A stretch of 64,000 bases of DNA from the NCBI GenBank assembly GCA_002505775.1, contig DAVY01000007.1, positions 12,656-76,655 on the forward strand, written 5' to 3'. The notes below the pieces were generated by a model, which had not been told where the DNA came from, ran no database searches, and was given only the letters and a program-made list of their open reading frames with translations. The number at the start of each line of letters is the position of its first letter. Position 1 is the first letter of the stretch. This DNA comes from Euryarchaeota archaeon UBA130 (GTDB lineage: Archaea; Thermoplasmatota; Poseidoniia; Poseidoniales; Thalassarchaeaceae). Below, in pieces: positions 1 to 9,170 of the stretch. Both the position numbers and the translations under genes were made by a program.

Positions 1-729
1 ATCGATAAAGGCAGAGGGAGACGCCTTCGATATTACGGTCACCTCACGATGTCCGGGGTCTTCCCTATCCCTCTCGGTTTGCTCAAATTTCATTCCTGTG
101 GGCTTTCTGAACATCACCGGAAGCGCACATGAGTCATCATATTGGTCGATCTCGAATGTCCCACATCCATCATTTCCAAACTCTGTTGCCTCCTCTTCAA
201 GAGTCCCGATCCCCCAAACGTTTTCCCATGAGTACTGACTAACTCCATCATCAGTTTCAGTTACATAATACTGGTTTTCGTCTAATAGGGGGGAATCGAA
301 GTAAGTTACTCCAAATTTAGAGGCTAGCCTATTCGCATTAGTTCCATCAGCGGCTACAATGACCTTGCCACCTGACTCTGTAACGAAATCGTAAATTGAA
401 TCCGCCTCGGTCTCATCAATCGGTTTCTCAGGAGCGATGACGAGTAGCATTGTCCTGTGGGGATATTTCCAGTCGTTTACCAGCATTGGAGTCGACATGG
501 TGTTCGCGATAGAGTAACCATCGTCTTCCTCCAAGCTATCCCTCATGTCCTTCAACTGGGCCAGTCCGTCATAGTCCCCTTCACTGGAATAAGCAGAATA
601 ATGAGTGGCCTTTCCAACAACGAAAATCATTGGAAGGATTAGAAGTAATGCTGTCGTGATTCCCAAGGACCAAGTGACGTATGTGCCGAATTCTCGACCA
701 TCGTCGTTGTTATCCAAGGTAATCAACAT
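1..729 (-). CDS. Partial membrane-anchored protein, C-terminal part cut off by the window edge, with a DUF4350/GldG-like extracytoplasmic domain
   Basis: Absent from the ORF track because it runs off the window. ATG at 729 on the reverse strand. I checked every in-frame triplet down to base 1 and found no stop. Translation starts MLITLDNNDDGREFGTYVTWSLGITTALLLILPMIFVV (TM helix), followed by HRTMLLVIAPEKPIDETEADSIYDFVTESGGKVIVAADG, a pattern I associate with DUF4350/GldG-type domains. Confidence 0.55.
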   Translation of the reverse strand, partial: MLITLDNNDDGREFGTYVTWSLGITTALLLILPMIFVVGKATHYSAYSSEGDYDGLAQLKDMRDSLEEDDGYSIANTMSTPMLVNDWKYPHRTMLLVIAPEKPIDETEADSIYDFVTESGGKVIVAADGTNANRLASKFGVTYFDSPLLDENQYYVTETDDGVSQYSWENVWGIGTLEEEATEFGNDGCGTFEIDQYDDSCALPVMFRKPTGMKFEQTERDREDPGHREVTVISKASPSAFID

Positions 730-867
730 CCTAACATAGGTTCAATCTAGCACCTACGGTGCTGTCCGGAGTGCGATTGCCCAATTATATGCTTCGGCAA
801 TAAAATTCTCATTTCTCGCCGGATATTAACTCAGTATACCGATTTAGACACTTAATTGTGAGGTACA

Positions 868-1803
868 CTAGTCATCCCTATCCGTCTTGATTGATGCTGA
901 AATGAGAATCATAAATACCGTAAGAAAAACCCCTATATTTGGTAAGTTAGAACTTACCACCTCATCAATCATATCGCCCTCATTTACCCCTTGATCATTC
1001 GGGTCCTCTTCGTTTACTGGAGGGGGTTCAACAGTAACTCTGACACTATCACTGGCTATCGCAGAACCGCCAGAGTTCGTGGCACCATTCGATGAGATTA
1101 CAACTTCCACCTCACAGTTTCTTTGAGGGTGGCTTTGAGACGCAGTTATCACCAAGGGCGAGGAAATTCCATTCTGTATATCACGACTAGTGAGTTCATC
1201 TAGGGAGCTTGTTGTCAGCAATGGGCAATTGTCAGATATTTCCACAGATCCAACCCTGTCTACTGCGTTACCTAGGTTGCCAACTAACACCTGGAGTGTC
1301 ATTTCTGAGCCCGAATTCATCGGGCCCACTGGTTCGGATATGCTGATTTCCAAATCATATATGGTTGGAATCAACAGATCACCTGTGCTACTTCTGGAGT
1401 CTGGAATTGGCTGGGGGACCGAACCCCTCGATACTAAAAGACCGGTGATACTGAACTCCTCAGTAGTTTCAGCGGGATTGTCCCTGACATTAATGCCTGA
1501 TATTGCAAGCGTGAATGTTTTATTATTTCCAGCACCTATTGTCTCAGACTCCGGACCGTCATATTCGCCCTCAAAGGGTATTTCATATTCGAAATCCACG
1601 GTGATTGGTAACAGCTCATTATTCGAAACGAAGAATGACACACTCACCGTTCCGGTTGAACTCAATTTGAAGGGATTATCTTCGTCCTCTTGGGGATAAT
1701 CAATCCCTAGTTCCCAACCCGGTGGCTCAGGCTGCTGGGAGGCTACTATCGGTGAAAGCATGCAAAGTAAAGCAATCGAAGTGACAATAACTCCGGCCTT
1801 CAA
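868..1803 (-). CDS. Secreted, C-terminally membrane-anchored surface protein (possible CARDB-like beta-sandwich), function unknown
   Basis: 311-aa ORF with a TTG start 2 nt after the stop of the FAD-subunit gene. N-terminal signal-like helix (KAGVIVTSIALLCMLSPIVASQ) and C-terminal hydrophobic anchor (IGVFLTVFMILISASI). GSEMTLQVLVGNLGNAVDRVGSVEIS resembles CARDB-type domains. Confidence 0.6.
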   Translation of the reverse strand: MKAGVIVTSIALLCMLSPIVASQQPEPPGWELGIDYPQEDEDNPFKLSSTGTVSVSFFVSNNELLPITVDFEYEIPFEGEYDGPESETIGAGNNKTFTLAISGINVRDNPAETTEEFSITGLLVSRGSVPQPIPDSRSSTGDLLIPTIYDLEISISEPVGPMNSGSEMTLQVLVGNLGNAVDRVGSVEISDNCPLLTTSSLDELTSRDIQNGISSPLVITASQSHPQRNCEVEVVISSNGATNSGGSAIASDSVRVTVEPPPVNEEDPNDQGVNEGDMIDEVVSSNLPNIGVFLTVFMILISASIKTDRDD

Positions 1804-1805
1804 AC

Positions 1806-2786
1806 TCAGCCCTCCAGTAGGGCACTACATGCTCTTCTGGTTAGAACTTTGACCATTTTTTTCCTATATGAGGGCGGATACCAAGTGTTTAGAACAGGCT
1901 TCACGGACCTCCTAACCGACTCAGATAACTTAGTCACGCTATCTTTACCATCCCATCCTTCCAAAGCCTCCATAGCCTGCTCAGTATGTAGCACGGGAAC
2001 GGACTCTAGGCCAGTTGTGGCGACACGTAAATCCTCGATGACGCCCCCTTCTCTTTTCCATGTCACCGCAACTCCTGCCTCAGGGAAATCCCAGCTTTCT
2101 CTCTGTCTTAGTTTCTGATAATCTCCTTCCCATTCGAATAGGTCCTCAGGGAATGTGATATGTGTAACTATTTCACCTTTCTTTAGCACATTTCTGGTCA
2201 TTCCATCAAGTCTGAAGAATTCACTAATTGGCATCGATCTCGATTCATCGAGTGATGAAAGATGTATGGTTGCACCAAGGCACATAAGAACGGGAGCCAG
2301 ATCAGCTTGGTATGTTGCAACACATAGATCGTTCTGATTAGGAATTACCCGGCAGTCCGCCCCGGTCCCACAGTCACATTTGTGGCACCAATCAATGGAC
2401 TCTCGCCACTCCTCAGTTTGATTAAACCAGAAGCACCTGGTATCGAGACAGATATTTCCTCCTAATGTCGCGGACCTCCTAATCATCACACTGGCTATCT
2501 TGCTGGCTGCTTGGGAGATCAAAGGATGAACAGAATTCGACTCAACTATTTCTTGAAGGCTTACCATGGCTCCTATTCTGAGTGGCGTCATAACATATAA
2601 TTCATCGATTCCAGATAATGAGATTACATCCTTCTTGGTATTGATGTGCCATTTGTAATTTGGAATAAGGTCGGTACCTCCTGAAATCCAGTCATACTCC
2701 TTCCCCGCTGATGATAATTCTGAGGCTTTTGATAGTGCTTCATCCAATGTACTTGGGATGTGTAAGTTGAACGGTGGCATCCTCAC
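1806..2786 (-). CDS. Molybdenum hydroxylase (XDH/CODH family) FAD-binding medium subunit, CoxM/CutM-like, with a Cys-rich insertion
   Basis: 326 aa. GGTDLIP and ATLGGNIC motifs typical of FAD_binding_5, plus a CO_deh_flav_C-like tail. 4-nt overlap with the large-subunit gene. Confidence 0.85.
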   Translation of the reverse strand: MRMPPFNLHIPSTLDEALSKASELSSAGKEYDWISGGTDLIPNYKWHINTKKDVISLSGIDELYVMTPLRIGAMVSLQEIVESNSVHPLISQAASKIASVMIRRSATLGGNICLDTRCFWFNQTEEWRESIDWCHKCDCGTGADCRVIPNQNDLCVATYQADLAPVLMCLGATIHLSSLDESRSMPISEFFRLDGMTRNVLKKGEIVTHITFPEDLFEWEGDYQKLRQRESWDFPEAGVAVTWKREGGVIEDLRVATTGLESVPVLHTEQAMEALEGWDGKDSVTKLSESVRRSVKPVLNTWYPPSYRKKMVKVLTRRACSALLEG

Positions 2787-5596
2787 TCCACATCACCCCT
2801 ATGCCTTCTCTCTGTGTGCTTCCATGCACTTCCGGCTAGCCCCGGGTCTTCTAAATAACCATCCGGGGGTATTACTACCGCAGCCCATCTAGAGTCTTGT
2901 TCGTCTCCTGGAATTTCGGGGTCCAGTCCGAAAAGAGCCCCATTGTGATAGGGGGATGGGCTATCGGTAAGTCTTCTTTCCTTATCCCTTTTGGAGTGAT
3001 TAATTGACCTGATTTGCAGAGTTTCCTGTAGGGCCGTCAGCTCCAGCTTGGGGGGTTTCAGGTCTAGTGGTTCTTCGACCCCCTCAGATTTGCACCTTCT
3101 CTCGATCGCCTTGTACAGTCTGTCTGGCGTAATTGGGAGCTCACTAACCCTTACCCCGATTGCATCGTAAACGGCGTTAACAACGGCTGGAAGTATAGGA
3201 AGTAGAGGGCCCTCTCCAGCTTCTTTAGCGCCAAACGGACCTTCAGGATCATTGGACTCAACGATTATCGGAGTGACCTCTGGCATCTCATGAACCGTGG
3301 GTATCTTGTAATCCAAGAGATCAGGATTCAGAAGATGCCCCGTCCTACCATACTTCATTTCTTCACTGAGGACTTGCCCCATTCCCATGTGGCACGAACC
3401 AATAATCTGTCCCTCCACAGCCAACGGGTTTAGCGCCTTACCGCAGTCGTGGGCCGCCCAGACCTTCTCAACCTTAGTCTGCCCAGTCTCTATGTCCACA
3501 TCAACCTCTGCAACATAGGCAGAAAATGAGTATGCGGGAGCAAGTCCGGCGGCAGCCCCTTTGTGTGCCCTTCCCATCGGGGGTGTACGATACGAACCCG
3601 AAGAAACCAATGCCCCTCTGTCTTCTTGGGCCTTGTGCAAGGCTTCCAAGTAAGAAACGCCGACTGCAGGATCTCTTTTGTTGAAAATTCGACGATCACC
3701 TATTACTAGATCCCCGATCTTTGAACCTGTAATTTCACTTGTCGCCTCCAATAACTCGTTTCTTATCTCCATTGCAGCGGAAATAGCCGCATTGGCATTC
3801 ATGAAAGTGACTCTCGATGAGTAGGAGCCTAGGTCAACTGGAGAAGTGTCACTTTCCCTGCTCCTGACTCTGATCATGTCAAGGGGAAGGCCCAGAACTT
3901 CAGCAACCGATTGTGCTACTACAGTATCAGATCCTTGGCCTATATCGGCGGCACCAGTATGGACTGTGACTCCTCCGTCCATATCGATCTTCAAGTGTAC
4001 TGTGGCATGAGGGAACTTGTTTGGATCCCAATGGATTGGGAGCCCACTTCCAGAGATGAAAAACCCACAACCTATTCCTATGCCTTTCCCGAGAGGCATC
4101 TTCCTGAATTTTTCATCCCATCCGGACTCTTCTTTCACCCTTTCAAGACACTCCCTCATACCTATGCTTGTAACTCTAAATCCAGTAATTGTGGCACTGT
4201 GAGGAGGCAGTAGATTTGCAAGCCTGAAGTCAATCGGATCAACCCCAAGCTGCTCAGCCAAATCATCAATCCCAGTTTCAACAGCGCATCTGGAATTAAC
4301 GGCTCCATGGCCCCTCATTGCACCACTTGCTGGCTTATTGGTCCACACTCTGGCGCCAGTATAATGGAAAGCTCCAATCTCATAGGGTGCGGTATGGAGG
4401 ACTCCGTTGTAGTAAGTAGTCACGTGTCCGAACGATGCAAAGGCACCCCCATCAATCAGGGCATCGGTCTCTATACCGCAAAGTCGGCCCTCCGAGTCTG
4501 CGTGCAAAGACATTGAAATCTTCGAAGGGTGCCTTCCCCTGTTTACCCAGAAAACCTCCTCCCTGTCAAAATTAATTCTGACAGGCCTACCTGTCTTCCT
4601 AGCTAGAATAGCTGCGCACATTTCGTGAGGAAAAGGATCCGACTTCCCTCCAAATCCTCCTCCGACGAATGTCCTGTACACGTTTATCTGATGCATAGGG
4701 ATGTCCAAGACATCAGCAAGAGCTCTGTGCAAGTAGTGGGGTACCTGTTGAGGAGTGTATAGCGTCAATCTCCCAGAAGGATCCCAGTGAGCCACAACCG
4801 CGTGTGGCTCTGTAAACCCATGATTTACTCCAGTGAAAGTCCAATCAGAATCATGAGTGGCTACGGAACTATCTTTCATATCAGAAATATTTCCGAACTG
4901 CTGGAACACCCTTTTCTGTACGTTCGATTCTCCGATATGGTATTTTCCTCTGTCATGAATCGGATTTTCGGAATCTTTTAGTCCCTGTTCAATGTCATGG
5001 ATGGAATCTAAAACTTCGTACTCTACCTCAATTAATCTACAGGCCTCTCTAGCTGTAGGCTCATCAACAGCGGCGACACATGCCACTAGGTCGCCGACAT
5101 GTCTGACTTTCTCTACAGCCATGGCATGCTCGTCTTTGGTAACGGGAAGGACCCCGAACTTTCCCGGGGCGTCTTCCCCAGTGGCTACTCCCAAGACTCC
5201 TGGCAATTCCAGGGCTTTGCTGATATCGATAGAGAGTACTCTAGCATAATGGTGAGGACTTCTGAGGATTCTCCCGATTACCTCTCCCGGGAGCCTGATA
5301 TCATCTCCATATTTTGCCTGGCCAGTTACCTTCCAGTTACTATCTACTAGGGACGTGGGCTTCCCGATTACTTGGCCACTCACCAAGTCATCATGCCTGT
5401 GTGCTCCCCATGGCTGTTCCAAAGAACCCCCCTGTGATTCAGGAATCCTAGAATAATCAGTCGGTTTGGAGAAACGATTCTTGCCTCCTGAACCAGGCTT
5501 CGAGAACGGTAACTTGCCAGGTTGTTGTCTGTATCCCACCATCTCACCTGATTCCGAAGTATCCTTACTTTCGGTCGAATGGTCACTATCTGACAT
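2783..5596 (-). CDS. Molybdenum hydroxylase large (molybdopterin-binding) subunit, aldehyde oxidase/xanthine dehydrogenase family; not a form-I CO dehydrogenase
   Basis: 937 aa. FVGGGFGGKS motif, GAMRGHG active-site loop region, a/b-hammerhead-like N-terminal region (GKPTSLVDSNWKVTGQAKYGDD). About 75 aa of extra N-terminus and about 106 aa of extra C-terminus relative to the usual core. Confidence 0.9.
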   Translation of the reverse strand: MSDSDHSTESKDTSESGEMVGYRQQPGKLPFSKPGSGGKNRFSKPTDYSRIPESQGGSLEQPWGAHRHDDLVSGQVIGKPTSLVDSNWKVTGQAKYGDDIRLPGEVIGRILRSPHHYARVLSIDISKALELPGVLGVATGEDAPGKFGVLPVTKDEHAMAVEKVRHVGDLVACVAAVDEPTAREACRLIEVEYEVLDSIHDIEQGLKDSENPIHDRGKYHIGESNVQKRVFQQFGNISDMKDSSVATHDSDWTFTGVNHGFTEPHAVVAHWDPSGRLTLYTPQQVPHYLHRALADVLDIPMHQINVYRTFVGGGFGGKSDPFPHEMCAAILARKTGRPVRINFDREEVFWVNRGRHPSKISMSLHADSEGRLCGIETDALIDGGAFASFGHVTTYYNGVLHTAPYEIGAFHYTGARVWTNKPASGAMRGHGAVNSRCAVETGIDDLAEQLGVDPIDFRLANLLPPHSATITGFRVTSIGMRECLERVKEESGWDEKFRKMPLGKGIGIGCGFFISGSGLPIHWDPNKFPHATVHLKIDMDGGVTVHTGAADIGQGSDTVVAQSVAEVLGLPLDMIRVRSRESDTSPVDLGSYSSRVTFMNANAAISAAMEIRNELLEATSEITGSKIGDLVIGDRRIFNKRDPAVGVSYLEALHKAQEDRGALVSSGSYRTPPMGRAHKGAAAGLAPAYSFSAYVAEVDVDIETGQTKVEKVWAAHDCGKALNPLAVEGQIIGSCHMGMGQVLSEEMKYGRTGHLLNPDLLDYKIPTVHEMPEVTPIIVESNDPEGPFGAKEAGEGPLLPILPAVVNAVYDAIGVRVSELPITPDRLYKAIERRCKSEGVEEPLDLKPPKLELTALQETLQIRSINHSKRDKERRLTDSPSPYHNGALFGLDPEIPGDEQDSRWAAVVIPPDGYLEDPGLAGSAWKHTERRHRGDVE

Positions 5597-6214
5597 CTAC
5601 TCACTCCCTGAGAATCCGGGATGAGGATCGCTCTTCGATGAAGTAGAGTCGCCAACCCCCCTGCCAGAGACTAATATCTCAGAGGCTTTAGAAATAGACT
5701 CAACTATTTGCTGATAACCGGTACATCTGCATAGATTTCCTTCGATTGCAGCCTTTATCTCCGGTTCTGTAGGAGAAGGATTTCTCTCCAGCAAGGCCGC
5801 TGAAACAACCAGGAAGCCAGGTGTGCAAAAGCCACATTGACTCCCTCCACAGTCTGCAAATGTCTGCTGAATTGGATGTAGATGATGGCCAGAAGATAAT
5901 CCTTCCACAGTAGTAATTTCACAATCTCTCGCTTCTTGTGCCAATACTAGACAGGAAATTTTCGGGGTTCCATTTATCATCACACTACAGCAACCACATG
6001 TTCCCATGTCACATCCTCTTTTCGTACCCAAACTTCCAGCCTTATCTCTCAATACATCCAGAAGAATCGCATTGCTGTCGATGAAGAAATCTACGTTCAC
6101 ACCATTCACAGTCGCGTTCCATCTGACCTTATCGGGCCCCGGGACCATGGGTAGGCTATACTGCACCACATACTCACCAGAACAATCAACGACTTGAGTA
6201 TTTTGTTTCGTCAT
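5597..6214 (-). CDS. Molybdenum hydroxylase small subunit with two [2Fe-2S] clusters (CoxS/XdhC-small type)
   Basis: 205 aa. CDMGTCGCCSV plant-type ferredoxin motif, then QCGFCTPGF and CRCTGYQQI motifs. Stop abuts the large-subunit start. Confidence 0.9.
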   Translation of the reverse strand: MTKQNTQVVDCSGEYVVQYSLPMVPGPDKVRWNATVNGVNVDFFIDSNAILLDVLRDKAGSLGTKRGCDMGTCGCCSVMINGTPKISCLVLAQEARDCEITTVEGLSSGHHLHPIQQTFADCGGSQCGFCTPGFLVVSAALLERNPSPTEPEIKAAIEGNLCRCTGYQQIVESISKASEILVSGRGVGDSTSSKSDPHPGFSGSE

Positions 6215-6220
6215 CTACTG

Positions 6221-6868
6221 TCAGAGAAGGTCTTCTGATACCTTCTTCATAATTTCAAACTCCGCTCTTTTCATGTGCTCACCTAATGTACTTCTGGCCA
6301 TGCCAAGTCCCTCAGCAATATCCTTGAGTTTGACATCCGAATCAGGGTCAAAGTAACCCATATTTATGGCGTAAGTGAGTACTTCCTTCTGCTTGTCCGT
6401 CAACCCATCAGTCCAACCATTTCTTTCTTCCTTTCTGAAAGAATTCACACTAATTTTATCTGGAGGAAGTACCACTCTAAGAAGGGCCACAAACCTACTA
6501 ACAGAGCCAGAAAGTCCCGATAGCCTAAGCTCCATTCCTCTTGTCGAATCTATCCCGTATGGGGGATATACTTGTATGTTCGATAGCTCGATAGCGGATT
6601 TAGCAAAGGGATGGCTACAAAGAATACTTGCTACCAATAAATCTCCGTCCTCCTCCAGAACTTCGATAACCTCCAGCCAACTGATTTCTGATAATTCGGT
6701 AACCTTTCTTCCTTCCTTCAGTCGTATCTCGGCTAGTTGAACAACTCCCTTTTCGCTGACAGAAAGATGACTTAGAACCTCTATACTTTCTGCGATCCTC
6801 AAGATGTTTGATATGTCACTGGAGCCGTGCAGAGATGAGATATTCCATCGCAGGTTTACTCTTCTCAT
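6221..6868 (-). CDS. HTH_10 (bacterio-opsin activator-type) transcriptional regulator
   Basis: The C-terminus LTDKQKEVLTYAINMGYFDPDSDVKLKDIAEGLGMARSTLGEHMKRAEFEIMKK matches the archaeal HTH_10 signature (LT..Q...L..A...GYF..PR......A..LG.S.ST...HLR.AE.K). It lies immediately upstream of the coxSLM-like genes on the same strand. Confidence 0.65.
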   Translation of the reverse strand: MRRVNLRWNISSLHGSSDISNILRIAESIEVLSHLSVSEKGVVQLAEIRLKEGRKVTELSEISWLEVIEVLEEDGDLLVASILCSHPFAKSAIELSNIQVYPPYGIDSTRGMELRLSGLSGSVSRFVALLRVVLPPDKISVNSFRKEERNGWTDGLTDKQKEVLTYAINMGYFDPDSDVKLKDIAEGLGMARSTLGEHMKRAEFEIMKKVSEDLL

Positions 6869-6932
6869 ACAATTCTCAACGACTTTCTCTTATTGAAACC
6901 AACGGTCTGAGAATTTTTACTGAAAATACAAT

Positions 6933-8183
6933 TTACGTCCAGTAAGCCTCTCTAATCGCTTGATTTGCCTCCATACACATTACTACGTCAGATGGCCTCT
7001 CGTCCATCTGAGGGCCACCACTCAGGTGATCGATAATTGGTTGCACATTGCTCTCGTTAACGACTCCCCATCCAACTTGGGTGCATGGCGCTATGGGAGA
7101 GATAGGCATTGTCCCCGACAATGGGTCCCAAGTTGAAGAAGAAGGATACCAAGCAGACAAATTAAGAGCATCTCTCAGGTCATCATTAGTTACATTGAGT
7201 CCTTCCCCAGAAACTAGGAGTCCCATTCTCGTTATTGGATCGGCTCCAGAAGAATAATCTCCGAACTCAGATCTCAATGTCAGTATGACCTTCGATAGCA
7301 ATCCTGCAGTCCTGGGCGTAGCAAATGATGTTCCTGAAGTCTCGTGGTATCCGTCGATATCGTCATGATTAGGCAGTATCTGAGTCCAATCGGCGGCAAT
7401 ATCTGGGTAAGAACCACTCATCGTTTCCTTCTGATCATCCCCCTCCTCGGCATAACCAGAAATCCCAATGCTCCATGGGGGTCCAGCAGTTGAATCTTGA
7501 ACGGCAGGAGAAGGGGAGTTGTCAGCAGCGCCAGCATGAATCTTCTTATTTTCCACAACCGCCACCTTTGTTGCATCTTCTATTCCAGGAACCGGAACAG
7601 ATCCAATCGGTCCAAAACTGGTGGTAATTATGTCTACGAGGGGTTGATTTGCGGCGGCAAGAACAGCAGCGTCACTAAATCCCTCAACGAAAAATATCAC
7701 TGCATCTGGATTTGCGTCCAGAACCGCCCCGGTGACCGCCGTTCCGTGACCATCCTGGGGATCATCAAGTATTGGGATGTCAGTGTTATCGTCGGGGGAA
7801 GTTCCGATTATCCTTGTACCTCTGAACCAGACAACGTCAGAGGAGGTAATCTGGTCCCAACAACTTTCCTTGTCGGCGTCGTATCTTTCTTGCCACGTTC
7901 CTTCGGTACTGATGTCACAAATCATTGTGACATTCAATCCCTCAAGAAGTGAGACGGGAAACGATTCATTCATGATGAAGTGGTTATGATAAACGTTGAT
8001 TCCGGTATCGATAGGGGCAACCACGGTGTATGATTCCAAATCAGGTCTTTCATCTGGCAACAGGACTGCATTTCCCTCCTCCTCCCAAAGTATACAACCG
8101 CTCAATAAAGGGATTAAAAAAATCAGCACAGTGCCCATCGCAGTGTATCTCATGTGCCTCGGTGTTAGGGGGTATAATTTCAT
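6933..8183 (-). CDS. Subtilisin-like serine protease (peptidase S8), probable lipoprotein
   Basis: Catalytic motifs DTGINVYHNHF (Asp), DGHGTAVTG (His) and SGTSFATPRTAG (Ser). I prefer the ATG at 8183 (MKLYPLTP...LIPLLSGC, lipobox-like) over the track start at 8279, which would overlap the XdhC gene by 89 nt. Confidence 0.8.
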   Translation of the reverse strand: MKLYPLTPRHMRYTAMGTVLIFLIPLLSGCILWEEEGNAVLLPDERPDLESYTVVAPIDTGINVYHNHFIMNESFPVSLLEGLNVTMICDISTEGTWQERYDADKESCWDQITSSDVVWFRGTRIIGTSPDDNTDIPILDDPQDGHGTAVTGAVLDANPDAVIFFVEGFSDAAVLAAANQPLVDIITTSFGPIGSVPVPGIEDATKVAVVENKKIHAGAADNSPSPAVQDSTAGPPWSIGISGYAEEGDDQKETMSGSYPDIAADWTQILPNHDDIDGYHETSGTSFATPRTAGLLSKVILTLRSEFGDYSSGADPITRMGLLVSGEGLNVTNDDLRDALNLSAWYPSSSTWDPLSGTMPISPIAPCTQVGWGVVNESNVQPIIDHLSGGPQMDERPSDVVMCMEANQAIREAYWT

Positions 8184-8190
8184 ATTTCGG

Positions 8191-9018
8191 CTATCTTGTC
8201 TTTCTTTCAAATGACAGAATTTCAGCGCATATCGCCAATGCAATCTCTTCTGGGGTATCAGCTCCGATATCGAGGCCAATCGGGCATCTAGCTGGAGACA
8301 GCTTCTCCTCAGTCAATCCGGATTCAGTTGCCGCCTTCCTGAAACCATTCCACTTTGTAGTCGAACCAATAACGCCTATACGAGGAACACCATCTAAGAT
8401 TTTGAGTAGCCCTATCAGTAGTTCTTGGTCGATGGACCAATCGTGACCCATAACTAGTATATCCGAGAATCTTCTAATTGATGATACAGTCTCATTACCC
8501 AGAAATTCATCAACTGAACTGCATAAATTCTCAGATGCTTTGGGATACCTTTCTAGATTAGAGTATTCGCTTCTGACGTCAAAAACACTGTATTTCCAGC
8601 CAAGGGTCTCGCACACCATCGATACAGACATGCCTACATGGCCCCCTCCGGCAATCAATATGTGAGGGACAGGCTCAATCACTTCCAATGACACCTTCAG
8701 CTGACCCCCGCATAGACTGTCAAGGGCAACGGCCTCTTTTCCCTTCCCCTCCTTGTGCAGAATGTAAGTCTCAATTTTACCTCCTGTCTTCCTCATTTCG
8801 GATTTATCGTTTGCCAGCATTTCAATCAAGTTTCTCTCGATTTTCATTTCAAGACCAGCGCCACCAACGGTACCGAATTTTTCCCCGGTAGAGGATATAG
8901 CTAGCTTTGCCCCGGGCTTTCCTGGAACGCTCCCCCTAGCCTCGATAACTGAGGCCAAGGCAACCCTCTCTCCGTGATCCAATCTCTCGATTACCCAAGA
9001 TAGTACGGCACGTGACAT
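8191..9018 (-). CDS. xdhC: XdhC/CoxI-family molybdenum cofactor insertion chaperone
   Basis: N-terminal XdhC_CoxI motif (ASVIEARGSVPGKPGAKL) and a C-terminal Rossmann-like part (ILIAGGGHVGMS). ATG at 9018 preferred over GTG at 9042. Confidence 0.8.
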   Translation of the reverse strand: MSRAVLSWVIERLDHGERVALASVIEARGSVPGKPGAKLAISSTGEKFGTVGGAGLEMKIERNLIEMLANDKSEMRKTGGKIETYILHKEGKGKEAVALDSLCGGQLKVSLEVIEPVPHILIAGGGHVGMSVSMVCETLGWKYSVFDVRSEYSNLERYPKASENLCSSVDEFLGNETVSSIRRFSDILVMGHDWSIDQELLIGLLKILDGVPRIGVIGSTTKWNGFRKAATESGLTEEKLSPARCPIGLDIGADTPEEIALAICAEILSFERKTR

Positions 9019-9170
9019 GGTCAGGGGAAGGTGATGGCACACTTTGGATTTCCGCTAACTAGTCCTGTGAGAAAATTAGATTCAAACTACCTCATTCGCC
9101 CAATCTTCATGCTCGATAACGTTGATTTTATCATCTATAATTTGATATCCAAACATTCATCCGTTGACTT

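Noticed and set aside
749-763. Small hairpin AGCACC-TAC-GGTGCT in the 730..867 spacer, as a possible terminator or ncRNA.
   Set aside because: It has a 6-bp stem, no adjacent oligo-T tract, and lies about 100 nt from the upstream stop. The evidence is insufficient.
2783-5596. Possibility that the CoxSLM-like genes encode an aerobic carbon monoxide dehydrogenase.
   Set aside because: The large subunit has GAMRGHG at the position of the form-I AYxCSFR active-site loop. No coxDEF-type accessory genes are present, so only a generic XDH/aldehyde-oxidoreductase family call is justified.
6871-6915. Inverted repeat AATTCTCA(29 nt)TGAGAATT just upstream of the HTH_10 regulator gene, as a possible operator.
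   Set aside because: The arms are only 8 bp and AT-rich and the spacer is long. This cannot be told apart from chance without comparative data.
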